Below, piece after piece: positions 1-9,566 of a DNA stretch of 32,000 bases (position 1 is the first letter of the stretch; the number at the start of each line of letters is the position of its first letter). This DNA is from Allobaculum fili. Lineage in GTDB: Bacteria; Bacillota_I; Bacilli_A; Erysipelotrichales; Erysipelotrichaceae. Location: positions 1 through 32,000 of the forward strand of contig NZ_JAHDSX010000015.1 of assembly GCF_020969955.1 (NCBI RefSeq), given 5' to 3'. Both the position numbers and the translations under genes were made by a program. The notes below the pieces were generated by a model. That model searched no databases. It was not told where the DNA came from and was given only the letters and a program-made list of their open reading frames with translations.

Positions 1-50
1 ACTTTGGAGAAATCGATACCGAGATCGATTGCAGGGATGATTGATTCCAT
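1..50 (-). CDS. 5' end of an unidentified CDS running off the left edge (MESIIPAIDLGIDFSK...)
   Basis: ATG at 48-50 (minus) with AGGAGG (plus 58-63 cctcct) 7 nt upstream. Only 16 codons are visible, so no family call is possible. Confidence 0.4.
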   Translation of the reverse strand, partial: MESIIPAIDLGIDFSK

Positions 51-162
51 GAAAAAGCCTCCTTGAATAAAGGAATTATCCCAAGGAGGCGGTCGAGAAA
101 ATACCCGTCTTTTATTTGACGCTTACGTATTTATTAACATTCATTTTTTCAAAAAGCGAAAG

Positions 163-200
163 GAAAAAGCCGAATTCGTGTACTTTTCGAATTCGGCTTG
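163..200 (-). terminator. Intrinsic terminator downstream of the histidine kinase gene
   Basis: Perfect 12-bp stem (168-179 aagccgaattcg / 189-200 cgaattcggctt) with a 9-nt loop. In minus orientation it is followed by UUUUUCCUUUCGCUUUUU. Confidence 0.8.
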
Positions 201-216
201 ATTTAAGAGTCCAGAA

Positions 217-2880
217 TTATTTCCCGTCTGAATAGCCCGGAGCATTCTCCTCATTCTTTTTTTCGGAATCGGCAGACAGCCGGCCTTCTTTTTGAAGACT
301 GGTAATCGAGGCCAGAAGCAGCGGATCCGTCTCTGGATTGACGCTTACTGGATTCGTCGTTTTGGAAGTCCGGATTTCCTCCGTCTTTGTTTCGGGCAGC
401 GGTACAGTGGCTGTTTCCGGTTTCGATGAGGCCTGCATGGTCTCTTCCAGACTGGAAGGCTTTTTGGGTGCAGGTTCTTTTCCAGTAAGTTCTTCTTCCA
501 GAACAGACGGGCTGGCCGGTTCTTCTTGAACATAAACGTCGTCGACGGCTTCCCCGTTTTGCACGGACGATTCGTCATCCAGGACAGGCTCCGCTTTGCC
601 GGTATCCGCACGAACCGCACTCTTCTCTTTCGAATCGGCGAGCGGAATGTTTTCGGCCGGATCGAGCGGGAAGCTCATGATGGCTTTGAAAATGTCGCCG
701 TCGGTCTGAATGATGAAGTCGCCGTTCTGGACTTCGACAAAGCTTTTGATGATCGCCAGACCCAGACCGCTTCCCGCTTCGTGACGGCTGGCATCGCCGC
801 GTACGAAACGTTCCATGATCTGTTCGGGATCAAAGTCGAGAATGTCTGCTGACGTATTGCGGAAAATCAGCTCGCAGCTCGAACCGCGGTTGATCAGGGT
901 AATGAATACGCGGGAGCCGGGCAGCGAATACTTGCGGATATTGGAAAACAGGTTGTCGATGACGCGGACCATCTTGTTCGGATCGAGATCGATCATGACC
1001 GGTCCGTCCAGATTCATAATCGTTTCGAGCTGTTTTTCCGCCAGCGTATCGATCCATTCGGCCTGCACCTGTTCGACCAGTTCACACAGATCGATGTGAA
1101 CGAGATCGAGTACGATATCGCCGCTGGTCGCCTTGGTGATATCAAACAGGTCTTCAATCAGCGAAGCCAGACGGGCGGAATAATTTTGAAGATGGCTGGC
1201 GTAATGATGAATATCGTCCATGTTGTCGGACATGCTGATGAGCTCGGAATAGCTCTGAATGCCCGCTACTGGCGTCTTCAAGTCGTGCGAAACGTTGGAA
1301 ATCAGCTGGGACTTGGACACCTGGCTGGCCAGTCCTTCGTTGCGCGCGTTTTCGTAATTGCCCGCAATATGGACCAGATCACTGACGATCGGATTGAACA
1401 TGCCGGCTTTTTCCGGCTTGAACTCGCTGTAGTTGCCCATGGCCAGAGAATGCGAAGCATCCAGAACGTGCTGAAAATCCTGCGAGATGGCTTTGGCAAT
1501 GCCGACTGCAAAAAGAATGGCGATCAGGCAGCTGATCAGCACAGCCGCAATCAGTCCAAAAAGGTCGAAAAACAGGACGCCAAGAAGCATGAATGCTCCC
1601 GTCAGAACGATCCATAAAGCAGATAGTATCGTCAGACGGAATACGGGCATGTGCCGGTTTTGCGAAGAGAAGCTTTCCAGAATCCAGTCCTGGGCATGCA
1701 CATAACCCCAGTAGCAAAGAGAATCCTGTTCCACAAAAGCTGCCGGACCCATTTTGAAAATGCGCTTAATGTAGAGCGCGATCAACGCGACAGTCATAAA
1801 AACCAGGAACCAGAGCAGAATGACGGTCGCCCAGGCGACCAGTTCCGCCTGCCAGTCGTTCATCGCAAAGGAAAGGTACTGCGCCTTCAGCGAACCGTTC
1901 GCAAAATTCATCGTGACACGGTTCAGGCCTGGGGAAAGAATCGCGTACATACCGCCAAGAACGAGAATCGCAAACAGCGCCTTCATCCGGCTGAGCTGTG
2001 TCAGTAAAGGCAGCCCTTCTTCCAGCCGGTAGCGAAAGAGCAGGACGAACAGAACCACGACGATGGATCCGTATAACATACAGAAATCAAATCCGGTCTG
2101 GTTGACGTCCGCAGCGACGCGGGCGACTACGCCGCCGTTGGGCTGCAGCGTTTTGGGTACGTAGTAATGAATGGAAAAATCGTCCGGGAGCACCAGCGAA
2201 TACGCGTATTCGCAGCCGCTTGGCGAATTGCGCCGCTCTTCGGGAACGAGCGCCGGATTGACGAGAATCGAACGCGCCCTCGAAAAGGAGACGTCCGGCT
2301 GAATTGCCCCGGAATACGTGATGCCGCCCGCGGAAGAGCGGATCGTGTAGTCGAGTGCACCGTCGGTCTGGTTATACGAATCTTTCCAGTTGTGGGAATA
2401 CTCGTTTCCGCCGTAGCGGATAATCCAGGCGAGGTTGGAATCGCGCGCCAGAGATTCGGCGGAAGAGCGAATGCTGTTGCCGGCGTTTTCCTCGATGTAC
2501 TGCCGTATCGTCGAATCGGTTTCCTCATCCGTTTTCAGCCATTCGGTGCCCGGAACTAGCGATCTGGCCCGGACCACCGCCATGGCTTCGAGCGACGGGG
2601 CCAGCGCTTCGGTAAAGACATCGAGCGTTTCTTCCCCCTGCAGGGTAATTTTGGACGTCAGTTTGGTCGCCAGCGTACTCAGGATGAGCAGCAAAATGCA
2701 AAGCAGGCAGGTAAACACTTTCGCACCGTTCGATTTCCCGCTTTTTTTCAGTTCCGGCTTTGCCGATTGAAAGCTGGTGCTGCTTTTGGGCTCGTCTTCA
2801 AAGGCTGTATTCGGCGCGCTCTGCGTGCTGTCCAGACTTGCCGTCGAAGCCGGCTCGATCAGCCGGGCTCCGCTTATCAT
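217..2880 (-). CDS. Membrane-bound sensor histidine kinase (HisKA + HATPase_c) with a long disordered C-terminal tail
   Basis: 887-aa ORF. H-box SHDLKTPVAGIQSYSELI, N-box-like DNLFSNIRKYS, G-box GSGLGLAIIKSFV. One TM helix, a ~200-aa extracytoplasmic segment, then at least 5 more hydrophobic helices. The ATG overlaps the response regulator stop (ATGA, 2877-2880). Confidence 0.9.
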   Translation of the reverse strand: MISGARLIEPASTASLDSTQSAPNTAFEDEPKSSTSFQSAKPELKKSGKSNGAKVFTCLLCILLLILSTLATKLTSKITLQGEETLDVFTEALAPSLEAMAVVRARSLVPGTEWLKTDEETDSTIRQYIEENAGNSIRSSAESLARDSNLAWIIRYGGNEYSHNWKDSYNQTDGALDYTIRSSAGGITYSGAIQPDVSFSRARSILVNPALVPEERRNSPSGCEYAYSLVLPDDFSIHYYVPKTLQPNGGVVARVAADVNQTGFDFCMLYGSIVVVLFVLLFRYRLEEGLPLLTQLSRMKALFAILVLGGMYAILSPGLNRVTMNFANGSLKAQYLSFAMNDWQAELVAWATVILLWFLVFMTVALIALYIKRIFKMGPAAFVEQDSLCYWGYVHAQDWILESFSSQNRHMPVFRLTILSALWIVLTGAFMLLGVLFFDLFGLIAAVLISCLIAILFAVGIAKAISQDFQHVLDASHSLAMGNYSEFKPEKAGMFNPIVSDLVHIAGNYENARNEGLASQVSKSQLISNVSHDLKTPVAGIQSYSELISMSDNMDDIHHYASHLQNYSARLASLIEDLFDITKATSGDIVLDLVHIDLCELVEQVQAEWIDTLAEKQLETIMNLDGPVMIDLDPNKMVRVIDNLFSNIRKYSLPGSRVFITLINRGSSCELIFRNTSADILDFDPEQIMERFVRGDASRHEAGSGLGLAIIKSFVEVQNGDFIIQTDGDIFKAIMSFPLDPAENIPLADSKEKSAVRADTGKAEPVLDDESSVQNGEAVDDVYVQEEPASPSVLEEELTGKEPAPKKPSSLEETMQASSKPETATVPLPETKTEEIRTSKTTNPVSVNPETDPLLLASITSLQKEGRLSADSEKKNEENAPGYSDGK

Positions 2881-3599
2881 GCCGTCAGAGGATCTTTGCG
2901 CATTTTGTAGCCGAGGCCCCAGACCACCTGAATGTACTGCGGCTTTTTCGGATCCTCTTCGATTTTTTCACGCAGTTTTCGAATGTGGACGGTAATGGTT
3001 TCGGTCGAAATCGCATCTTCTTTCCAGACCAGCTCATAAATCTCGGCTGCGGAATAGACACGCTCGGGATGGCGCATGAGCAGTTCAAGAATCTGGAATT
3101 CCTTCGGGGTAAGATGCACCGGCTCATTGCGGACAAACACTTCCTTGGTCATCGGATTCAGAGACAGATCGCGGTTGACGAGCGAAGCGTTATCGGGTTC
3201 ATCCTTGGCGTTTTTCATTTCCAGAAAACTGTCGTAGCGGCGCAGCTGCGCCTTGACGCGGGCGAGCAGTTCCATGGACGAAAACGGCTTGGTCAGATAG
3301 TCGTCGGCACCGATCGTCAGGCCGTTGATCTTATCGACTTCTTCGGATCTTGCCGAAAGGATAATAATCGGGAAATCATAATTTTTACGGACTTCCTGAA
3401 TCATGGTCAGACCGTCCATGACCGGCATCATCAGATCGACGATGGCCAGATGAATTTTGTCTCCCGCTTTGCCAAGCTCTTCCAGGCCCTGTGCGCCGTT
3501 GGCGGCCAGCAGGACCTCGTAGTTTTGTGAACGAAGATAAATCGCAATCGCATCGCGAAGCCCCTTTTCATCTTCAACAACAAGAATCGTATGGTTCAT
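2877..3599 (-). CDS. OmpR/PhoB-family response regulator (REC + winged-helix)
   Basis: 240 aa. ILVVEDE acidic pocket, phospho-acceptor IVDLMMP, LTKPF lysine. C-terminal LTPKEFQILELL...TVHIRKLREKIE...VWGLGYKM winged helix. SD AAGAGGGG lies upstream of the ATG. Confidence 0.93.
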   Translation of the reverse strand: MNHTILVVEDEKGLRDAIAIYLRSQNYEVLLAANGAQGLEELGKAGDKIHLAIVDLMMPVMDGLTMIQEVRKNYDFPIIILSARSEEVDKINGLTIGADDYLTKPFSSMELLARVKAQLRRYDSFLEMKNAKDEPDNASLVNRDLSLNPMTKEVFVRNEPVHLTPKEFQILELLMRHPERVYSAAEIYELVWKEDAISTETITVHIRKLREKIEEDPKKPQYIQVVWGLGYKMRKDPLTA

Positions 3600-3909
3600 C
3601 GTGTTCCCCTCTTTCTTTTCCTGTCTCCAGACGGATCGGAATTTCCCGTTTGCCTGCCGCGTATGTTCGCGCCAGAGCTTCCAGTCTGGTTTTATCTTCT
3701 AATTCTGGTGTCTGCACAGGCTTTTCTTAAGCAGACACTATGCTTTCAGTATAAAGCGCCGTATGCATCTGCGCGCTTTTTTAAGAAAACCTTCAGATGG
3801 CCGGAAGAATTTTTCCAGAAGCCCTCTGGATGGACCAGATGCGATGCAAGGCTGCAGATAGCTTTCTCCAAACACTCTCCAGTTGGAGAGAATTCTTGCC
3901 GATTTCCGT

Positions 3910-3936
3910 AAAAAAAGCCCCGCAGACTGCGGAGCA
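3910..3936 (-). terminator. Intrinsic terminator after the 3990-4838 membrane protein gene
   Basis: On the minus RNA, a 7-bp stem GCUCCGC/GCGGGGC (one G-U pair) with loop AGUCU, followed by 8 U (plus A-run 3910-3917). Confidence 0.7.
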
Positions 3937-3989
3937 AAAGCGCTTCATAAAGCAGGACCATCCAGGGATTCGATCCGCATTTTTTGCCC

Positions 3990-4838
3990 TTATCGGACCG
4001 CCGTTTTATTGCGTACGGCTTTCTTTTCCCCGGTCCGGTTTTCCTGCAGATCCGAAAGACCGGCCAGCCGGCGCGCTCGATCTTCCATCGCCTTTCGTCT
4101 GGCCCGCTCGAGCATGACGCTCTGCAGCGAGGTATGTTCCAGACCCGCATTCGCACGGTTTCGATGCTTCGACTTTGGTGCATGCACTCGTTCGGCGCTT
4201 CTGACCGGGCGGCGAAAGCGGATCGGCCGCATGCCGCCGGTACAGAACAGATGGACGCCGGTTATCAGCACGATCAGTAAAAGAATGAAAACGAGTCTTC
4301 GCTCCGGTACGGCAAGCAGACCGAGCAGAAGCAAAACGAAGTACAGCCCCCACCGGCCGGCGCTCGCTTCCCAGTCGCAGCGCGTGAGCCAGAACCAGCA
4401 CGGATAGCTCACCAGCAAAACGATCGGTCCGCAAAATACCAGGGTGATCATGCTCGAAACATCCATGAGCAGACCGGCCAATATCTGACCAACGACGCAC
4501 AGGACAAGGTTTCGCATCGCTTCTTCAAATTTAAAGCGGCCGCAGACCATGAGAAAGGAAAGCAGCAGGCTGATCAGAATTGTAAACGGGATCCGGGATC
4601 CTTCCCCGGAAGCCAGAAGCAGGCCGCTGGCCATGCCGACATTGCCGGCGCCAAACCAGAACAGCGAGCTCTTCCAGTACTTTTTTATATTTCGGCTGCA
4701 GTGCCTTGTCCAGAAGCGCGTCCGGTCACAAAATTTCTTCCATCCTGCGCGCCAGGACGAAGCGGACGGAGCCGACCGGCGTTTTGATCCGTTGTAGACC
4801 GCTTTAGGATTTGTCTTTTTTTGTATTGCCGAGTCCAT
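3990..4838 (-). CDS. Hypothetical polytopic membrane protein with a strongly basic C-terminal tail
   Basis: 282-aa ORF with GAGGTG SD 5 nt upstream of the ATG. About 5 hydrophobic helices (e.g. IPFTILISLLLSFLMVCG, LVFILLLIVLITGVHLFC). The last ~80 aa are Arg/Lys-rich. I recognise no family. Confidence 0.6.
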   Translation of the reverse strand: MDSAIQKKTNPKAVYNGSKRRSAPSASSWRAGWKKFCDRTRFWTRHCSRNIKKYWKSSLFWFGAGNVGMASGLLLASGEGSRIPFTILISLLLSFLMVCGRFKFEEAMRNLVLCVVGQILAGLLMDVSSMITLVFCGPIVLLVSYPCWFWLTRCDWEASAGRWGLYFVLLLLGLLAVPERRLVFILLLIVLITGVHLFCTGGMRPIRFRRPVRSAERVHAPKSKHRNRANAGLEHTSLQSVMLERARRKAMEDRARRLAGLSDLQENRTGEKKAVRNKTAVR

Positions 4839-4961
4839 GCGCTCACCTCGCTTTCCAGTTTACTGTCTGGTGTCAAAACTTATCCTGTGAAATTCTTATC
4901 AATTTTGAAAGATTGTCTGTACCGCTTTTTCCGGCAGCCTGCAAGGCAGGCCGGTATCGTG

Positions 4962-4990
4962 AAAAAAGCGCATTTCCCGGGGAAACGCGC
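4962..4990 (-). terminator. Intrinsic terminator ending the his operon
   Basis: On the minus RNA, GCGCGUUUCC/GGAAAUGCGC (10 bp including one G-U pair) followed by UUUUUU (plus A-run 4962-4967). It lies ~115 nt downstream of the hisE stop. Confidence 0.7.
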
Positions 4991-5104
4991 AGGATTTCAG
5001 AGAGGAGTCTTGCTCTCTGTACAGACGAGATGAAATCGGGCACTTTTGTACGGCTTCCGATTCTAGATTATTTCTTGTCTGGAATAGATAGTCTAACTGG
5101 ATGC

Positions 5105-5434
5105 CTAGTAGTTTTCAACCGGGCGGCGTTCGGCTTTCAGATTGTGCTTTTTAAGCGAACGCTTCGCGAGTTCGGCTTCGACTTCATGCCAGCTGACATC
5201 CTTCTGTGCCATCAGCACGCAAAGATGATACAGCAGATCGCCCATTTCGCCGATCAGATGTTCCTTGTCCTGACTGAGCGAGGCGATAATGACTTCCGTG
5301 CACTCCTCGCCGACTTTTTTGAGAATCTTTTCTTCGCCTTTTCCAAAAAGATACGCCGTATACGAGCCTTCTTCCGGATTGGCTTTGCGATCCATGACGG
5401 TTTCGTACAGTTCCTGCATTTCGTTATTCTTCAT
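5105..5434 (-). CDS. hisE: Phosphoribosyl-ATP pyrophosphohydrolase
   Basis: Motifs [23 protein letters not shown]...[12 protein letters not shown] moved the start to ATG 5434 (GAGGAG SD 7 nt upstream) from the ORF-track start at 5449. Confidence 0.92.
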   Translation of the reverse strand: MKNNEMQELYETVMDRKANPEEGSYTAYLFGKGEEKILKKVGEECTEVIIASLSQDKEHLIGEMGDLLYHLCVLMAQKDVSWHEVEAELAKRSLKKHNLKAERRPVENY

Positions 5435-5777
5435 GCTCTTTCTCCTCAAAGCTTTCCAGCTTGCGATAAAAACAAGTGCGATTGCCCGTATGACAGGCAG
5501 GACCGGTACTTTCTACCTGAACGAGCAGCGTATCCCCGTCGCAGTCCTTGTACATCGACTGAACGATCTGGAAATTGCCGGACGTTTCGCCTTTGATCCA
5601 GAGCGCATTGCGGCTTCTGGACCAGAAGGTTGCTTTTTTCGTTTCCAGCGTCTTTTCCAGCGCTTCTTCATTCATCCAGGCGACCATTAAAACGGTGCCA
5701 TCTTTGGCGTCCTGCACAACGGCCGGGATGAGTCCGCCGCCTTTTTCAAAATCGAGATCGAAATCCTTGCCCGTCAT
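5424..5777 (-). CDS. hisI: Phosphoribosyl-AMP cyclohydrolase
   Basis: GLIPAVVQD...[12 protein letters not shown]...FWSRSR..LW.KGETSGN...DCDGDTLL..V...GPACHTG. ATGA overlap with the hisF stop. Confidence 0.95.
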   Translation of the reverse strand: MTGKDFDLDFEKGGGLIPAVVQDAKDGTVLMVAWMNEEALEKTLETKKATFWSRSRNALWIKGETSGNFQIVQSMYKDCDGDTLLVQVESTGPACHTGNRTCFYRKLESFEEKEHEE

Positions 5778-6529
5778 CGAACCGCAATCCCCTTTCCTTT
5801 CAAATAGTCTTTAACATCCGTTACGCTCAGCTCATCGTAGTGAAAAAGCGACGCAGCCAGGGCAGCATCCGCGGCGTCTTCTTCAAAGACTGTCGCAAAA
5901 TCTTCGAGCTTGCCGCAGCCGCCCGAAGCGATCAGCGGCACGCTGACGGCCTTTCGAACGGCTTTGCACAAATCGAGGTCAAAGCCCTGCTTTGTGCCGT
6001 CCGCATCCATGCTCGTCAGAAGAATTTCTCCGGCGCCAAGACGCACGCCTTCTCGAATCCATTCGATCGCGTCGCGTCCGGTATCGATCCGGCCGCCGGC
6101 TTTGTAGCAGTGCCAGGAACCGTCGGGCTGCCGCTTGGCATCGACCGCCAGCACAATACAGCTCGAACCGTACATGTGCGCGGCCTGTTCGATCAGTTCG
6201 GGATGATCGAGCGCGGCGGAATTCAGAGACACTTTGTCCGCGCCGTGATTGAGCAGATCACGGATCTGTTCGATCGAGGAAATGCCCCCGCCTACGGTCA
6301 GCGGAATAAAAACCTGTTCAGCCACGCGGGCTACGGTTTCGACCATCGTCTTGCGGCCCTGCCAGGTGGCTGTAATGTCGAGAAAGACGAGCTCATCCGC
6401 ACGCTGGTCGTTATACTTTCTGGCCAGCTCCACCGGATCCCCGACTTCCTGAATGCCTTCAAAATGAACGCCCTTGACGACTTTGCCATCGCGTACGTCC
6501 AGACAGGGAATGATTCGTTTCACTAACAT
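5774..6529 (-). CDS. hisF: Imidazole glycerol phosphate synthase, cyclase subunit
   Basis: 251 aa. [40 protein letters not shown]. Confidence 0.96.
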   Translation of the reverse strand: MLVKRIIPCLDVRDGKVVKGVHFEGIQEVGDPVELARKYNDQRADELVFLDITATWQGRKTMVETVARVAEQVFIPLTVGGGISSIEQIRDLLNHGADKVSLNSAALDHPELIEQAAHMYGSSCIVLAVDAKRQPDGSWHCYKAGGRIDTGRDAIEWIREGVRLGAGEILLTSMDADGTKQGFDLDLCKAVRKAVSVPLIASGGCGKLEDFATVFEEDAADAALAASLFHYDELSVTDVKDYLKGKGIAVR

Positions 6530-7260
6530 GACGCATCCTCCCCCACGCCTTTTCCGGCCGCAATCGCCTCTTTTAAGGAGAGCGATCCGGAATAAATCGC
6601 CTTGCCGGCGATGGCGCCATACAGATTCTGCTTTGCAAGACGCTCAATATCGCTCAGCTGACTGACGCCGCCGGAAGCGACCAGCTGACAGTCTGTAAAG
6701 GAAGAAAGATGCTCCATCAGATCAAAGGAAGGGCCCATGAGCATGCCGTCCTTGCGGATATCCGTAACGATCAAAGTTTGAACACCAGCCTCTTCCATCT
6801 GTTTTACGGCGTCATCGAGTTCGATGCCGCCATCTTCGAGCCAGCCGGCGACCATGACCCGGCCGTCTCTTGCATCAAGCGAGACGGCGATCCGATCGCC
6901 GTACTCTTCACAAAGGTCCTTGACCATCTGCAAATCTTCCAGAGCCGCTGTGCCCAGAATGATGCGGTGCATGCCATGATCGAGGTAGCGTTTCGCATCG
7001 GCTTTTGTTCGGATGCCGCCGCCCACTTCCGCTGGAATATGGAGTGCGTTTGCGGCTTTTAAAATGAGTTCATCGTTGACGGGATGACCGGCTCTGGCGC
7101 CGTCCAGATCGACGAGATGAATAAACTCGGCGCCGTCGTTTTCAAACGAAGCGGCGGTGCTCAGCACATCGGCAGCGACCTGACTGGCCTGATTGTAGTC
7201 GCCCTGACGCAGGCGAACCGGCTTGCCGCCGAGAATGTCAATGGCTGGAAAAATAATCAT
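6523..7260 (-). CDS. hisA: ProFAR isomerase (1-(5-phosphoribosyl)-5-[(5-phosphoribosylamino)methylideneamino]imidazole-4-carboxamide isomerase)
   Basis: Canonical N-terminus [22 protein letters not shown] starts at ATG 7260 (GGAG SD; ATGA overlap with the hisH stop). The ORF-track extension to 7356 has no support. Confidence 0.94.
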   Translation of the reverse strand: MIIFPAIDILGGKPVRLRQGDYNQASQVAADVLSTAASFENDGAEFIHLVDLDGARAGHPVNDELILKAANALHIPAEVGGGIRTKADAKRYLDHGMHRIILGTAALEDLQMVKDLCEEYGDRIAVSLDARDGRVMVAGWLEDGGIELDDAVKQMEEAGVQTLIVTDIRKDGMLMGPSFDLMEHLSSFTDCQLVASGGVSQLSDIERLAKQNLYGAIAGKAIYSGSLSLKEAIAAGKGVGEDASC

Positions 7261-7901
7261 GCGCCAAACTCCTTTCCAAACCATTCCAGAATACGCAGTC
7301 CCGTCGTTCCGGATTTTTCCGGATGAAACTGGCAGCCCAGAACGTTGTCTTTCCATACGATGGCCGGAACCGTATACGGTCCATAGCTGCAGTACGCCGC
7401 CAGCTCGGACGGATTCCAGTCCATACCCGCGTAGCTGTGGTCGAAATATACGTACGGATCGGCTTCGATTTCTTTCGCGATTGGAAAATTCGAAGCGCAG
7501 TACAGACGGTTCCAGCCGATTTGCGGAACCGGCAGCGTAATCGCTGTTCCGTCTTCATGAAATTCAATCGGCTCCATGGCTTTCACGCTTCCCTGCAGAA
7601 GGCCAAGACCTTCGTGTTCGCCAAATTCAAACGAACGCTCGTACAGAGCCTGCATGCCCAGACAAATGCCGAGCAGCGGGATGCGATCTTCTTTGACTTT
7701 TTTCAGAAGCCATGTATACAGGCCGTTTTTGTGCAGAGCGCCGATCATGTCTTCAAACGCGCCGACCCCGGGCAAAATGAGCTTGGAGCAGTCTTCGAGC
7801 TCCGCTGGCGAAGAACCGATTTTCGTCTCCAGACCCAGATGGCTGCAGGCGGACGTCACGGAATGGAGGTTGCCCATTCCATAATCAATAATTCCAATCA
7901 T
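7257..7901 (-). CDS. hisH: Imidazole glycerol phosphate synthase, glutamine amidotransferase subunit
   Basis: 214 aa. IGIIDYGMGNLHSV, LPGVGAF, nucleophile cysteine in GICLGMQ, CQFHPEKS. ATGA overlap with the hisB stop. Confidence 0.96.
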   Translation of the reverse strand: MIGIIDYGMGNLHSVTSACSHLGLETKIGSSPAELEDCSKLILPGVGAFEDMIGALHKNGLYTWLLKKVKEDRIPLLGICLGMQALYERSFEFGEHEGLGLLQGSVKAMEPIEFHEDGTAITLPVPQIGWNRLYCASNFPIAKEIEADPYVYFDHSYAGMDWNPSELAAYCSYGPYTVPAIVWKDNVLGCQFHPEKSGTTGLRILEWFGKEFGA

Positions 7902-8476
7902 TCCAGCACCCCTTTCGTCGACGGCAGACGGTCGCTTTCAATCCGGATGGCCTGACGGATCGCCCGGCCCAGTCCTTTAAAAATGGCTTCGATCTGGTGG
8001 TGATCGTTTTTGCCATACACGTGGACATGCAGCGTCAGCCCCGCGTTAAAGGCGAAGGCGCGCAGAAATTCTTCAATCATTTCCGTGGAAAAGCCGTTGA
8101 TCGATTCCCGGTGAAACTGTACGTCCAGTACAAGATACGGGCGTCCGGAAAAATCGAGATCGACCTGCGCAAGACTTTCGTCCATCGGCAGGCGGCAGTT
8201 TCCGTAGCGGGCAATGCCGCGCTTGTCGCCCAGGGCATTTCGAACGAGGCTTCCTAATAAAATCCCGGTATCCTCGATCAGATGATGGTCGTCCACATCG
8301 ACATCGCCGTCCGCTTTCAGACGCAGATCCATGCCGGAATGAAAGGCGAACAGCTCAAGCATGTGGTTAAAAAAGCCGATGGGCGTCGCAATGGAGGCTT
8401 CGCCTGTTCCATCGAGATCGAGCGCGATCTCGATCTGGGTTTCTTTTGTAACACGGCGATCATTCGATTTACGCAT
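7898..8476 (-). CDS. hisB: Imidazoleglycerol-phosphate dehydratase (monofunctional)
   Basis: RVTKETQIEIALDLDG, DDHHLIEDTGI, NDHHQIEAIFKGLGRA. Start set to ATG 8476 (GGAGAAG SD), which overlaps the hisC stop by 8 nt. There is no fused phosphatase domain. Confidence 0.94.
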   Translation of the reverse strand: MRKSNDRRVTKETQIEIALDLDGTGEASIATPIGFFNHMLELFAFHSGMDLRLKADGDVDVDDHHLIEDTGILLGSLVRNALGDKRGIARYGNCRLPMDESLAQVDLDFSGRPYLVLDVQFHRESINGFSTEMIEEFLRAFAFNAGLTLHVHVYGKNDHHQIEAIFKGLGRAIRQAIRIESDRLPSTKGVLE

Positions 8477-9563
8477 GCTCTTCTCCTTTGGAAAATTCGA
8501 AATTTTCGCTCTTCGAAAGTTCTGAATGGTTTGCGTTTCTGTCATTAAAGGCTTTAAGAATGGCTAAAACCTGGTCGTTTTCTTCGGGCAGGCCGATCGT
8601 AATGCGGATGCGCTCCTTATTGCCGTACGTACGAACGGTAATGCCAGCCTCTTCAAACGCCTGTTCGAGCGCTTCAATCGATTTTGGATCGTCCTTTGGA
8701 CGCAGCGCATAAAAATTGGCGTGAAATTCGCCCGCTTCCAGAGAGGAGAGGGCTTTGAGTTCGTCCTGAATGCGGTTCGACTCGTCGACGATGACGTTCA
8801 GATAGTCTTCCATGATTTCCGGATGGGCCAGAACAGCACGTGCGGCGAGCTGATCAAGCGTCGAAATCGAATAGACGATTTTATACAAAGCCAGCTTCTC
8901 GAGCAGCTGCGGCGAAGCGCTCAGATAGCCCAGCCGAATTCCCGCGGCACCCCAGGCTTTGGAAAGCGTCTGCGTGACGATCAGATTGTCATGTTTTTCA
9001 ATCCGATTCAGAGCCGACTGATCACAGAAGTTCATATACGCTTCATCCGCAGCCAGAACAATCGGATCGAGCATAGTCGCCAGCCGGTCAATTTCCTCGC
9101 GGGTTAACAGATGCCCGGTCGGATTGTTCGGGTTGGAAAGCAGGACAAGTCCTGCATTGTGTTCTTTAGCGAAGCGGACAAAATCGTCGAGATCAAACGA
9201 ACCGTCCCACGCGGTATCATACAGACACGTATCGGACTGGATGCAGCCGGCGTAAAAGCGGTACATGCCAAAGTCCGGATTGAGCATGACCAGCGTTTTT
9301 CCATCCCGGCAAAGCGTGGTAATCATCAGCTGCAGCAGCGCGTCGCTGCCGTTACCCACGACAATTTCTTCCGGCTTCAGACCGGTCTGCTTCCCGATGG
9401 CCTTGCGCAGTTCGATGGCGTCGTCATCGGGATAGCGGTTAAGCGCGCTCTCCTGAAGCAGCGCGTGAAACGTATCGAGGATGCGGGAATCCCAGGGTCT
9501 GGACGATTCGTTGGCATTGAGCAGGACGCCCTGGTGGCTGTGCGCTTCATAGGTATAGCCCAT
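8469..9563 (-). CDS. hisC: Histidinol-phosphate aminotransferase
   Basis: 364 aa, class-II aminotransferase. LNANES, YPD, NPNNPTG, PLP-lysine motif TLSKAWGAAGIRLGY. Confidence 0.93.
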   Translation of the reverse strand: MGYTYEAHSHQGVLLNANESSRPWDSRILDTFHALLQESALNRYPDDDAIELRKAIGKQTGLKPEEIVVGNGSDALLQLMITTLCRDGKTLVMLNPDFGMYRFYAGCIQSDTCLYDTAWDGSFDLDDFVRFAKEHNAGLVLLSNPNNPTGHLLTREEIDRLATMLDPIVLAADEAYMNFCDQSALNRIEKHDNLIVTQTLSKAWGAAGIRLGYLSASPQLLEKLALYKIVYSISTLDQLAARAVLAHPEIMEDYLNVIVDESNRIQDELKALSSLEAGEFHANFYALRPKDDPKSIEALEQAFEEAGITVRTYGNKERIRITIGLPEENDQVLAILKAFNDRNANHSELSKSENFEFSKGEEHA

Positions 9564-9566
9564 GGC

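Noticed and set aside
3708-3782. 8-bp inverted repeat GTGTCTGC/GCAGACAC (3708-3715 / 3731-3738) and a plus-oriented terminator-like hairpin AAAGCGC...GCGCTTTTTT (3753-3782) upstream of the response regulator gene
   Set aside because: No plus-strand gene exists for the hairpin to terminate, and OmpR-type regulators usually bind direct rather than inverted repeats. These are possibly promoter or 5'-UTR structure, but there is too little evidence to call a function.
5424-5449. hisI/hisE overlap as a possible frameshifted hisIE pseudogene or programmed frameshift
   Set aside because: hisE has its own ATG (5434) with a GAGGAG SD at correct spacing, and hisI ends with a normal TAA. Both halves are full-length, so separate translationally coupled genes is the simpler reading.
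7261-7356. 5' extensions in the ORF track (also 8477-8545 hisB, 15816-15851 acn, 15910-15972 gltA, 17394-17501, 20248-20337, 22382-22399, 26987-27148, 31172-31210)
   Set aside because: In each case an internal ATG preceded by a good SD coincides with the canonical family N-terminus or with the upstream gene's stop. The extensions overlap neighbouring genes, terminators or promoters.
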